A stretch of DNA of 64,000 nt from positions 1,677,223-1,741,222 of the forward strand of contig OZ316892.1 of assembly GCA_973895155.1 (NCBI GenBank), given 5' to 3'. The translations under genes and the position numbers were made by a program. Positions 35,886 to 48,130 of the stretch are shown piece after piece. Source of the stretch: Marsupella aquatica (lineage: Eukaryota; Plantae; Marchantiophyta). The notes under the pieces were generated by a model. It had not been told where the DNA came from, made no database searches, and worked only from the letters and a program-made list of their open reading frames with translations. How positions within the stretch are numbered: position 1 is the first letter of the stretch; every line of letters starts with the position of its first letter.

Positions 35886-36949
35886 TGCTACCGGCTCCAA
35901 ACGTACCTTTCAGACGCCTGCCATAAAACCCCCAACGATTAGAATGCGGCGTAGCTAAAGTAAATACGACGCATGAATAACATGTCTACTCCTCACAACA
36001 AGTCCTCAACTCCATCAAGATATACGAAAGACACCCGATGAGTCCACAAAGGCAGATAGAAAGTAAGGAGTACCTGGAAATGCGAAACGTTTGCACAAGA
36101 ATCTCCACACAGCAACAAAATGATCGCGCATAGCTTCAACCCTAAAATGCCACGATCAAAGGAGCTCGCATCTCCTGCAACGAAGTCCATGTCATTCGCC
36201 TCAGCATGCCAAAGATAGTGGACGACATGTCGCAAACAAAAACAATTGAAGCATGCAGCTACCTCTCCGCCTGCAGCCGAACAATGGAGACATGAAAGCA
36301 CAAACGGAGGAACTGCCTCCCCACCTCGCGGCCTGAAGCCGAATGATCGAGCATGAAAGCACAAACGGAGGAAGTGCCTGCCTACCTCTCGACCCGCAAC
36401 CATCCCGGAGAGTAGTATGTGCGTGCCGCAATCCAGCGAGAGAGAAATGCGAGCTGGTCGTCGTCGTCGCCTCCGAGGAGCGTGTAGCTCATTCCATCGT
36501 CTCCTGCTCTATACGGAGAAACAGGTTTGCACGAGAGTGGTCACCGACTCTCAAATGGTGGCGATAAAATCGGGCTTGGGAGTGTCCACCGAGGTTCCTC
36601 CCGAATCGAACGTTGAGTTGGTCCCCAAATCCAGTTCCCCTGTTGTCACTCCACTTCTTTATTATTATTCCACTACTCGCTTCAGAGACGACACCACGTT
36701 TCTCTACAATTAGTACACTACTCGACTAGCGAGACGAAAACCACGAGAAAAAAGCATACTCAGTCGCGCTCGGTACCAATGCTGATCTTCTTTATTTTCT
36801 ACCTACTGTACACTCTCCAGCTCTATCATTCTACAGTACCTCCGAGGTGACCCTATTGATGGTGAGATGGTAGTGCAATGGTTGCCCACAAGCATTCCCA
36901 AGGTGCACAAACAGCCCTGCAATCTCGGAGTTTGGCAAGCCGGAGAGGC

Positions 36950-37250
36950 CCCGTGCATTGGGGTTAGTACGGCGTCTCAAATACAATGAATTTTTGGGTG
37001 GGACCTTGTCCATTGTGACCTGGGACACCCGGAATGACTGGTCGGGCACCGAATGTGAGGCCCGACCAGTCACTCCAGGGAGTCACCTTGCGATTCTCAC
37101 ACACTGCTACGACTCCTCTCAAATCTGAGAGCCCAAAAATATCACTGCCCAGCAATACCCAGCTTCAGTGCCCCCGGTGCATCGTCCGTCCAGTGGGGTT
37201 TTTTACAACATTTGAGACTCCCTAGTGAAGGGTCCAATGAGCTTCCCCGT
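36950..37250. mobile_element. MITE-like element of the 1442-1813 family with a strong central hairpin
   Basis: Inverted gtctcaaat (~36974) and atttgagac (~37210). Central stem TGACTGGTCGGGC / GCCCGACCAGTCA at ~37035-37072. Confidence 0.5.
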
Positions 37251-39194
37251 GCATCCTGCCTTTCATAGACTCACCTAAAACTGCCAGCCATGAGCGCGTC
37301 GAGTGTACTTGCCAGAGGAGACACTATTCTTACTATCTTACTATTAATTGGTATTAGAAACCTAGTTTTATGGCCAACACCTTATAAAAGTGAAGCCTCT
37401 ACATTGGAACTCTGCCTGGGTCACTTAACTTTTGGGGGGTGTAGGGAATGAGGACAAATCATAAATGAGTGTGAATAGTAACTAAGAATCTTTTTCTTGC
37501 AAGGTTTAATTTTTGTACTAGCCTATATTTATGTTGAAAAGAGCAAGTAGTCAGGCTAGTTTGATTGAACATGAGAGGGCCGATTCTTGTCATCAAGCGG
37601 TCCTGGCGAGCTCTTGCTACCTTGTCGATATAGGTGTGGCGGCCTTGGGAGGAAAAACTAGTCATTCGATATTCATTAGAAATGTATATTATTTTGTTCA
37701 CTTTTGGGCCCCTAAATGTTCACTTTTTGATCTCTAAATGTACACTTTTTACACTAAATTGTACATTATAATATAATACTCTACACCTAAATGGTCAATT
37801 GTAAACTTGAGGGTGCAAAAAGTATCTTTCCTAGAATGAGTTAAGTCCTAGTTCATTTACAAAAGATGAACATGGTGGTATGCCTAATGATCATGACCTT
37901 TGTTTCTTGCCAAAATGTACACTTTTGAAGTCAAAAATACACTTTACGTTGCCCAAATGTTCATATTTTGAATAATAATTCACTTTTAATGAATAGGTTG
38001 AGCAACTCAAGTTTGTATTGCATCCTCAGATTTGGCATATCTTAAATACAATTTGGAAATTTGAAGAATTTTGCTTGAAACACAAGAATTTTGTAAACCA
38101 GTATGTGGGTCTAGTTGGGATTTGTTAGTAGCATTAATGAGCTTTAATTTTCCAACCACTTTTCTATCAAATGGACTCTACCAAAAGGCAAAATATGTCT
38201 GGTGCTAAAAATTAGGAAAGTTGTTGATGTGGTTGGGGGGGCGGGGGAGGCGGGGAAGTGAATTAGGGTATGTGTAGGGTTCTTTTACAACTGCCCAATC
38301 CATTACAGCATTGTTGAGAGTAGCAAAGGTTAATAACCTGTTGATACTTAACTCTAGCAAGTGGTTAAATAGGTTAACTGTCTAGGCACAACTTAACCAT
38401 GGTTAAGTGCTGCTGAGGTTAAACTAGTGGAGAGAGGCAGCCTATACCTTGGAGGAACTTACACTTCATTGTGCTCACACTAGATATCAATGGTCAAGAG
38501 TTGGAGAGTGAAGAGAGAAGAGTATTGTGCCATGGAGCTCAGCTTGTGACTTGCCAAAGCTATGGCAAATGTATGGTGTTATATATAGTGAAAGTTTTTC
38601 TTTTGGTCATGGACACACCCTAAACTGGGTGAACCAAATGTCTCTAAGTCAAGATACATTGGTTTCTCAACACATGTATCTCAACACAACTATCAATATT
38701 AATGAGGATGTCCATCCATATGCAAAAAGTTATTCACTTCACAACCCTTCACATGTCCTGGAAAGAGTTATTAGGTTTTTTTTCTTTCTAAATGCTCCAT
38801 GCCACATTGATTCATAGATTGATTGAATTGTTTTCTTATTTTTTCCTGGGAAACCCTTTTGTTTAAGAATAAGCAAAAAAGAGGGTTTAGCACTCCCACA
38901 ATGAAAATTGTTTCCTTTAAGTCCTCCTAGATCAAATCAGCTTAGGTGAGGTTGGCATTTCCATTATATTTCCATTGGGCAGGTGCGGACAGGCATTGGA
39001 CACACATTTGAGGTGGGAGGAGTATCTAGGTGGATCTGATGGCACCCAAAAAAATTCAATTTTTGATGAAGGGCTAGGATGAACTCTCACTTTTTCCTGA
39101 TTTTGTAAAAGACTAAAGTACTTTTTGGGTGCTGGTTAGTGTATTATAGTGTTTGATGAGTTTATGAATAGATGTGGAGGCATGGAATGGGGGT

Positions 39195-40370
39195 AAGTTA
39201 ATTGAGATATATGCTTGATGGGTCCTCTTGTGAAACTTGTTTACCTGATGGGCCCCCATGAAACTTTTTTTACCAAGTGGGACCCCTCTTAATGACCCAT
39301 ACACCTATTCTTGTGTGGTGCCTACTATGTACAGTTAACCACACCCATTGCCTCATAGTGCACTATGTTCCCAGGCCCAGTCCACCACGCTTGTCGATGC
39401 AGTCTACCATGGTTCATCGCAACCGGCAACAATGCCATTACTGTAGGATTCGACGGGTTAATGCCTGAAGACAGAATGGATTACGTTTTCCTGTGTTTCA
39501 AGGTTTAGGGTTTAAAGTGTACCCCGACACCTTCAGGTCTGTCTTCTTTTGGAATTGTTTGTATGCATTGCGTAGGAGAGTATCGCCATTTTTTACCACA
39601 TTTGTCGATCATTGTCGATTTTTGTCGTGGCTCAGTGGGGGACTTCCGAACATTGAACTTCAATATTCACTGTGGACATTTGGAGGTGCTTCGCACTGAC
39701 GCTGATAGTCGCACATGAAAACATCGTGAAAAACCCATGTGCACTGCGTGAAAAGCATACCGAACGACTACCCCCCGATACGGTAAAACTTTGAATCCAA
39801 AGACATCATCCATATTGTATTCGTCTCGGTTTGGGCAGCGGCAGCCGCTTTTTGCGGTTCTCCCACATCATCTCCGCGGTTTCACTTGACATGTTTTTCC
39901 CACATGTTTCTTTGAGCATGTAGGGATGGCCTCCCGCACGGTCCAACAGTCATAAAAAAAACCCGTACAAGCAAATCTAATGACTACTACCCCGCGATTG
40001 GTCAAATTTTGAATTCGAAGACATAATGCATATTGTCTTCAAATCACAATTTCAGCAGCGGTGGCTGTTTTCGCGGTTTCTCCTGAATAAACTCCGTGGT
40101 TTCTCGGTCGACCATGCATGGTCGGCCGCACAGTCCAACCATGTAGTTTGCCATAGTCTTTTCTGGACAACGTGGTTGGTCACTCCATGAAGGAAAAACT
40201 TGTTACAATGCCTGTGATAAGAACATCTGACAAAAAATACTGGCAAGGGGCCTATTAGGTAAGAAAAGTTACCTAGGGGCCTATCAGGTAAGAAAAGCTC
40301 ATCAGGGGCCATCAAACATATATCTCTAAGTTAATTGGACATGGCCCATCAAGCATATATCTCTAAGTTA
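39195..40370. mobile_element. Possible decayed long-TIR element
   Basis: gagatatatgcttgatggg...tacctgatgggccccc (39200-39257) is inverted relative to ggggcctatcaggta...ggcccatcaagcatatatctc (40276-40362). There is an internal diverged duplication at ~39765 and ~39983. Confidence 0.35.
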
Positions 40371-41107
40371 ATTGGACATGTACATTCATTCATTTTGGCA
40401 TGGCATGGTTGAGAAAAATGATTGAGAAATGTATGTGGATCTATCTTGGTAGGATCGAAATCCCACACCACTTCTCATTTTTGTCCTACATGATTATGCA
40501 TATAAATGTTCCCACATGCAAGGCATCTAGATGCTTCAATAAGAAAAATCTGAGAATCAAATTTTCAGTTTTGTCCCACAGGAATGTTCACACATGAAAA
40601 TAATCTAGATGGTCCAATTACACAGATCCAATGGTTTAGAATTTATAAGATGATGTGTATTTTTCACAGAATTTCCAGAATTACAGGAGTCTCTAGTAGA
40701 CCCGTAACCATTGTAGATTAGACTTTGCCAACCCCCTCAAGCTCCTTTGCATAGTGTCCCAGGGTGGACTGTTATTGACTCAGTGGTTTAACTTGTGATA
40801 ATTGCAATGCTATCTATTATTGGGTTTCATCTCTCTTTATCCAGTGTCCATGGTATATAACTGCACATCAAAAGCAATATTCAAATAGGTAGAAGGAACA
40901 ACGCTGACTGATATAAACAAACAATCAGGTTTAACCTGGGATGGAAAGTTTATTCACACCAACATGGGCACTCGCCATGTAGTACAATGCATCATATACA
41001 AATATTGCTTTTTGATGTGCAACTCATATGCAGTTATGCTTTTTTATGTGCAATTCATGTGCAATTACCACCAGGGTTTATCCAGTAGTGACTTGTTGCT
41101 AAGCGCA

Positions 41108-41361
41108 TGTGATCTTTGTAAGCTCAAAATTTTAATTAATTAAACCACAATTACACCCATAAAGGGGTGTGATCTTTGTCAGCACAAAATTTTAATTAAT
41201 TAAACCACAACTACACCCATAAAGGGGTGTGATCTTTGTCAGCTCAAAATTTTAATTAATTAAACCACAACTACTTAAACCACAACTACAGCCATAAAGA
41301 GGTGTGATCTTTGTCAGCTCAAAATTTTGATTAATTAAACCACAACTACACCCATAAAGGG
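41108..41361. repeat. Minisatellite, 4 x 60 bp
   Basis: tgtgatctttgtcagctcaaaattttaattaattaaaccacaactacacccataaagggg units at 41108, 41168, 41228 and 41303. Confidence 0.9.
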
Positions 41362-41363
41362 CT

Positions 41364-41486
41364 AATGGGTTTGAGCTCTCTCATTATATAATGCACATAT
41401 TCAGTTTTAGTAGGAATGGGTTTGAGCTCTCTCATTGTATAATGCACATATTCAGTTTTAGTAGGAATGGGTTTGAGCTCTCTCAT
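41364..41486. repeat. 51-bp minisatellite, left part (resumes at 46566-46706)
   Basis: aatgggtttgagctctctcattatataatgcacatattcagttttagtagg at 41364, 41415 and 41466. The last unit is truncated at ...tctcat. Confidence 0.9.
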
Positions 41487-41564
41487 ATAGCATGCTCATC
41501 CTGGAACATGCTTTATTTTTTGTCTTGTAGTGATCTGAAAGTAAATAAGATATGAGAGCATAAA

Positions 41565-44500
41565 ATATATAAAATACACATACTTTTTACAGAAAAAGGC
41601 CAAATAGAGTACAAAAGAATAAAAGAGAGGTCCCAAGTGGACAAAACCAAACGCAAAAGAAGTGAGCAAAAGGAAACCCTAAAAACCAAGAAAGAGGAAC
41701 TAAAAGAAGTGAGCAAAAGGAAACCCCTAAAAACCAAGAAAGAGAAACTAAAACTACCGCAAATGGACCGAGGTCCTCATCACACCTAGCAAATGTGGCA
41801 ACAAGCTAGTGGTCTACATCAAGTGTCGAAACTAGATCGGCAAGTGGGACAGGAATGTCCTCTAGGGGGGCTAGCCGCTGCGGAGTCACACTAGCACCCA
41901 CTGTCAGAGATCAACGATAGACGGCCCGAGCTTGAGCAGGCTGTAAGGTGACTGAAATGCGTTGGCAAAAGTGCGTGGTCAAAACAGATAGCGGGGGCCC
42001 GGTGGGACCCATCCGGCCGTGAACATCCCGAGCAGCTTGGCGAAGAAGCCCATCGAACTGATGATGGAGACACCCAAATATCTCAAGAGCAAGGGGCAGG
42101 AAGCTATCAGATGAAGCTCGTGCAGCATATTTGGCCTCCTTTGTTATTGCTGCTCGTGATGCTGCTGCCCCTGCCGTTGTTGCCGCTGTCCCAATGATGT
42201 CTTGGCGCAATGGGTTTGCCACCACTACATCTGCCAAAGTACGGTGATCTTCACGGACCATGGTAAGATCCACCCGTAACCGCTGTGATGGAGGACCAGG
42301 TAACTCGAGCACCACCTCCCACCGCGCGCAGACCAAAGAGCCAGAGAGAACCTGAGCAGTCGCATCTCTCACAGCGTCGTGAACAAAAATGGTTTTGCCG
42401 CCCAAACTGCATCGAAGAAGATGGACACCTGTGGCATCACAAGGCTTCCCACAAGTGCAAGTAGGAGGTAAACCAGCAAGAAGTGGGTGGGGCAAGCCCA
42501 TACGAAGACGCATGGCTATCGCAAACTCCGCTGAAGACATCCGCAAGTGAGGAATGACTGGATTGGCCTGAAGCCAGCCTCCTGCACCCTTCCCTCCGGA
42601 AGAAAGAATCCGAGCTCGGTCCGTGTCAGGTGCCTCGGTGAGGATGCTGGAAAGGGTGAAAGCGTGCATACGCCCAGCAAGGTCTGCCTGAAGACGGACG
42701 GGGTCCAAGGATAAAAACTCCTGGAATGAAGGTAACGCAGCTCGAACAGGATCGGGTAATGATGACCGCGCCGTGCGCAAATGAACCTGAAATGGGAGGG
42801 AACCCTCCTCGACCTCCATGAGAGACGAAAGTAAAAAAGGTCGATTCTCAGTAAGGAAACAATCTGCCAACAATGAGAAGGCGGCCGCCCACGCGCCCAA
42901 GAAGGCCAAAGGTGCAAGGCGCTCAATGGAAGTAAGCCCAAAACCACCGTGAGAAATAGGAAGACTGAGCTGTCGATGAAGCCACGGAGATGAGAGCAAG
43001 GTACCTGGCCCTAAAAGAGAGGCCAAAGTCTCATGAATGGAGACATCAAACGCTCGGAGGTGTAGATAAAGATCCTTGGTAGGGGGATGCGTCCAAGCCA
43101 AATAGGATGCACGAGGGTGGATGCATCTCAACAACAACCCAAATGCTGCTTGAGAGTCTGCTAACTTAGGGAGCATAGGAGTAGGGGCTAAGGCAGTCTG
43201 GAGAGCATCAGCAATGAAAGATGAGCAAAAGGAGGCGGTACCGACTGGGGAGCCAAGGACCCAAAGACCGCCGGCTGGACGTAAGAACCCAGGGGGAAGC
43301 GCAAGATCAGAGGGTAACCCAGCTGGACTCCATGCACGACTCTTCACCGGCTGAACTCGTAAACCGAGGCCCAACAAATGGGTGGAAAGGGTGGCGAGGG
43401 CAGAAGTAACAGCAACAGGTGGACCAATGATGTGGGTGTCATCTGAAAGGGAGGGGAAGATACACTGGGGGTGGGCCGCGGAGGCTTCCCGTAAAGCAGT
43501 AAAATGGGCAATGGCAAAAAGAGGCCCACCCAAAGGGTCACCCTGACGTGTACCTTCTGCAAAAGAAAGAGTGGTATACACTCCTATAGAGGTGTGATGA
43601 CTATAGAAGAGGGGGGCCTCGAACCCATAAAAACAACGGACAAAAGGGATAAGGGACTGGATGTCTGGATCCGCTGCCCTCAAAGCACGAAAAATTATTG
43701 CCCGAGAAAGCATTGGAGACATCAACCTGGAGGACAACCCAATCAGGGTGGAGGTCCAAGGTAGTACGAATACCCGCAATAACTGTCTCACAACCGCTAG
43801 GAACGCCCACTGCAAACTGATGTGGAGAGAGGTGATCCGATAGTGCAGAGCGATACTGCGATGAAAGTGTGCGAGACACCAGACGAAGAAAAACCTCTCC
43901 AATAGCTATGGGCCGAACACCCGGTGAAGACTTAGCCATGGCCAATAAACGAGAAGCACTCAAAAGCCGAGAGACGGGAGGAGGCAAACGGCCGGCAGCA
44001 ATACACTGGCAAAAGGAGAAGAAAACTGGAAAACCAGACTGAGGATCCTCAGGGGGGAATAAATCACGAAAATGCTCAAAGACATAGCCAGAGGGGCCAC
44101 CAGCCGCGCAACGCGGAGCATGGAGGAAAGCATAGGTGAAGTGGTCCCTACTAAACTGAAGATCCTCCTCAGGCTCAAAATCCTCCACGAACAAAGGGAG
44201 CTGATCATAGGGCTGCGGATGGAGATCCTAAAGGGCCGTCAAGGTGACCTCGCCAGGGGGGGCTGGTGTGGTGGGAGAAAGGGCCTGGACCGCACGACGA
44301 TATTCACCAGCCTGGGCTAAACGACAAGAGCAACGAAGACGTCTATGCTCTGGAGGATGAGAGTGGCGAGCTGGGCCAGACAAAGCACGGGTAGTAAAGG
44401 AACGGGCTCGAAGAAAGTACTCTTCCTGAAGCTGTTCCCAATCTCCCCGGAGAAAGCGATGGATACGAGAGGCAGTCTCACGATGACCCACGCGACCACC

Positions 44501-46196
44501 GTGACTAGGGAGGGTAAGAGTCCACTTTGGAAAAAGCATGAGTAAAGACCAATAGGAGACCTCGATAGGATGCGCCAAGATAAGCTGCATGAGTTGCAAC
44601 AAGGATGACCGAACTAATGGGCGCAACGCTAGTGGGATGTGGTTATAAAGGCGAGGTCTAATGTACCCTGGATGGTAGGCTGGAAGGGGGTCTAGAGAGC
44701 GAACCCAACTCCATGCCTACTCGGAAGCCTCCAAGGAAGGAGGGGCAGAGCTAACTGGGTCAAGAGGGGGCTGGGGCTGGGATTGTGCGTGCTGGCGACG
44801 TTGGCACCAGCCCCACCCGCGGTGATGAGGAAGGGAGAGGCCAACCCAACCACACTCAGGACAAGTATGCAGGGGACGCTCGTCTGGGGAGGGAGCAGGG
44901 AACGACTAGACAGGAGGTGGGGCGGGAACTGACGTGGATGAAGAGGCCGGAGGGGGATGCTAGAGGGGTGGAGGGGGAATGGGGTGGGGAGAGGAGCCAG
45001 GGCGTCGATGGGGTGGGCAGTAGACTGGGGGGACTAGCAGAGCATCGGGCATGGGGTCATCACGAAGATGAGAGAGATCCAATGAAGAAGAGCAAACACG
45101 AAGGCGACCACGAGGCGGGGGGGAGGAGGGGGGAGAACTATGTGGGGGGGCTGGGCGCTTGCCCCGCGCCAACACTCTCAATGTAGACATGACAGGTCGC
45201 AACCCGATAAAAGCAAAAGCGCATCAAGAAGCGACAAAAGGCCCAACCAAGACATGTGAAAAGAAAGGGAAGGCTATGGAGAGAGCCCACCACGTCAAAA
45301 TCCGAGAAACGGCGCCACCGCTAGCCTAGAAAACCGTTGAGCCCGTGCAGGCACAGCCGGGAACAAAGCTGGAGCACTCGTCGATGTGTCCGTTGAGGAG
45401 TCGGTGCGAGTGAATATCTCTCCGCTGATTTGAGCGTGCTGCTACAGCTCCCGAAGATGGTGGAATGCAAACTGGTCCACTAAACTTGGCAAAAGCCACC
45501 TTGTCAGAACTGAAGAAGAAAGGCAACCACCAATCGGAGGAGAAACGTGGCAATACAGGAATGCTCCAAAGCTGATCAAGGGAAACCGTCACCAAAAATG
45601 GAGGAGTAAATCAGAATCGTAATCGGAGCCGAAAGTGGTTGATATGTCACGAAAAGGACCGCGGTAGGGATAGATGTTGCACTCCCGGACAAGAGCTGGC
45701 CAAATCACATGAGAATGCCGGATTCCGTGAAAGAGGAACTGCTACAGGACCCCAAAGCTAATTGAAAGTGAGAACGGTGGAAGTTGAAGAAAAAACGTGA
45801 GAGCTAATCAAAGTCCAATCGGGGCAATAGGAGACCAATTGGACCGCTCTTGGGATCAATCTGATTCTCCCAGAGAAGACCTATACAAAGCACTTGAGAA
45901 ATCTGAAATCCGTGAAAGATTGACCAAGATATGACCGTCGAAAGGAAGACGAAAATCGCAGAAAAACGTCTGAAAAACGGCGAAAACGAATGTGACCATA
46001 AGTATGTCGATACGGCACCGTTTTGGACGTGTTTAATATCGATTTGATGCGTCTCGGCAAGAGCAAGCTAATGCAACTGAGAAAACTGGATTCCGAGAAA
46101 ATTGAGTGCGGGAGGGTAGTCGAAGTGGCACGAAAACTGTGCTACAGTCTGAACTCCATAGCCAGGAGCTCAAAGACCTAAGACCTAACCCAATTG
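41565..46196 (-). mobile_element. CRE-like non-LTR retrotransposon (RT + zinc knuckle + restriction-like endonuclease), candidate TSD ATAAA
   Basis: Boundaries were defined by comparison with the empty site at 4100-4125. ATAAA occurs at 41560-41564 and 46197-46201. The element has a ~1-kb 5' region, a single disrupted ORF and a T-rich 3' UTR. Confidence 0.8.
41911..45190 (-). pseudogene. Disrupted CRE-like RT/RLE polyprotein
   Basis: The pieces are 45190-44960, 44626-44228, 44194-~43705 and ~43705-41911. RT motifs: AAGGPSGY, VRPIAIGE, HQFAVG, LQVDVSNAF, GTRQGDPLG, SLSDDTH, GGFGL. Zinc knuckle CTCGKPCDATGVHLLRC. RLE RVDL-x-LADVVV...KEAKY...FLPLALEIFG. Frameshifts and stops are present. Confidence 0.88.
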
Positions 46197-46565
46197 ATAA
46201 AGTTGTTATATAAGTAAAGTGTCTGCCAAGAAAAGCACAGTGACCAAGAAAAAATACAGCCAAACGATGCTACGATGTGTGCACTTAACTCAGGGTGCCT
46301 TATGAATGACACTCCTTTCAATCAAAACCATAAACCTAGGAAAGAAAAACATGAGGAGAACTTAAGAGGCTATGCATTCATGTTTTTCAACATCATTTCT
46401 CTCACTCGTGGTGGTGGAGCCTTTGGTTTGATCTCTAAGAAAACACATACTTTGAAAGGGGGCTGCCAAAATAAGTTCAAAACACTCTAGTAGAATATCT
46501 AAAACTAAAGGGGTCTAAAAATTACCTTATCTAGGGGGCATTCACCATATAGCGCTTCAAAAATT

Positions 46566-46706
46566 TCATTATATAATGCATTCACCATATAGCAGCTTCA
46601 AAAATTTCATTATATAATGCACATATTCAGTTTTAGTAAGAATGGGTTTGAGCTCTCTCATTATATAATGCACATATTCAGTTTTAGTAGGATGTGGTTT
46701 GAGCTC
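46566..46706. repeat. 51-bp minisatellite, right part
   Basis: tcattatataatgcacatattcagttttagta.gaatgggtttgagctc continues in the same phase and orientation as 41364-41486. A ~41-bp duplication spans the junction. Confidence 0.85.
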
Positions 46707-46911
46707 CACTAAAAGTGAGCGCTCCACCTTTTATGATGAGTAGTGAGACATGGAATGAGGTTTTTATAGGAGCAAGTTTCAGTAGGACTAGGCTTCAGCT
46801 CCGTTAACAAGTATTGAATGCTCCACCTTTTATGGTGAGTAATGAGACATGGAATGAGACTCTTATAGGGTTAGGTGTGGGGGCTTTTATAGGGGCAGGT
46901 GTGGTTAACTA

Positions 46912-47293
46912 CACTGTTCACCATAATTAGTGTTATGCAAGAATTAGTGTTAGTACAAAATTAGTGTTACTAACAGTAATTTTGGTAAAAATGATTTTGA
47001 GTCCAAATAACACTAATTTTTGTCCGTTTTCAAAACAAATTTTTTTCAGTTTAGTTTAAATTGCTTGTAAAAAATGGATGATCTCTAATCCAAAGTAACA
47101 CTAATTGTTGTGAATTTTTTTAAATAGATTTTTTCTTTGTATTTTGTCACTTTTAAGACCATAGTAACACTAATTCATGTGCGCGAAAATAATGTTAGCA
47201 CAAAATTAGTGTGACTAACACTAATTCGCAAGTAAACCCTGAAAATGGGCACTCTCGAATTAGTGTTAGTCACACTAATTACAGTGAACAGTG
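46912..47293. mobile_element. Tc1/mariner-type MITE (382 bp) with TA TSD
   Basis: TA-CACTGTTCACCATAATTAGTGT ... ACACTAATTACAGTGAACAGTG-TA forms a 22-bp TIR with 2 mismatches. Many internal AATTAGTGTTA motifs occur in both orientations. Confidence 0.85.
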
Positions 47294-47399
47294 TAGAGCC
47301 GTGCTGATCAGAAGGAATAAGTAAGGTACAAGAGAAATTCAACCAGCTACTTTAGCAAGTGCCATTAACATCAAATACTTCAGCGCCCCCTCGCAGGTT

Positions 47400-47880
47400 C
47401 AGTACCAACATGCAAAATAACACGCATGAGGAAGAATACTAAGGAGGAGTTTGTACACTGAGGAAGAAATACTGAGGAGTATGCGCTACGAAAGATTCAG
47501 TCCCAGCAAAGGGTAACATGCATGAAGAAGACATACTAGGGAGGAGTTTGTACATGAGGAAGCGATAAGGAAGCGATAAGGAAGCGATACAGAAATAGTG
47601 TTGATTTTGTACTGACTTCTACGCGCTACGATCCGTATTGCTTTCGGAAATAAAGCACTACGAGATTACTACCTCGATTTTGAGTATGATGTTGTACAAA
47701 ATTCCTAGGTGATATTACTTTTAGAAATAAACGAGATTCTTAGTAGCAACATGCAAAGTAACAGGCACAAGGAAGAAATATTGAGAAGTTTGTACACGAG
47801 GAGAAAATTCAAAGGAGTATTGACTTTGTACAGATATTACTTTTAAGAAACGAAGCGCTACGAAATTACTACCGGCATTT
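47400..47880. repeat. Degenerate tandem duplications downstream of PsbR
   Basis: Recurring aacatgcaaa.taaca.gca..aggaagaa.ta...gagtttgtacac.gagga and gcgctacga blocks, plus (aggaagcgata)x3. Confidence 0.55.
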
Positions 47881-48130
47881 TAAAATTTCTTAACTATGAT
47901 ACATTTAGCTTGTCCAACCCAGTAGTGTGCTTACTTCCAGCAAGTACATAAGGGAAATACCAATCGAACAGAATTCCAATGTCTTTGGCCAATAGTGCAT
48001 AGCATAGGACGGTCCTCGCAAGCTACTAAGTCGGATTCTCAGCCAACTCCAGCTTCAAGAGTCGGCAGGATCTACATATATTTTACAGCCATGTACAAGC
48101 TCTCCAAACTACAACTGATTCATCGACTGT

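Larger units (their letters stand above)
41487..46565. mobile_element. Repeat X, filled copy, split by the CRE-like retrotransposon
   Basis: 41487-41562 and 46204-46522 are the two halves of the sequence that is contiguous at 3797-4193 (inverted). Confidence 0.7.

Noticed and set aside
41108-41486. Regular repeats as a possible CRISPR array
   Set aside because: The units are head-to-tail with no unique spacers, there are no cas genes, and the context is eukaryotic.
46275-46490. ORF conserved between the two repeat X copies (also 3801-4094)
   Set aside because: The conservation reflects DNA identity of the repeat. The frames diverge at an indel and no domain is recognisable.
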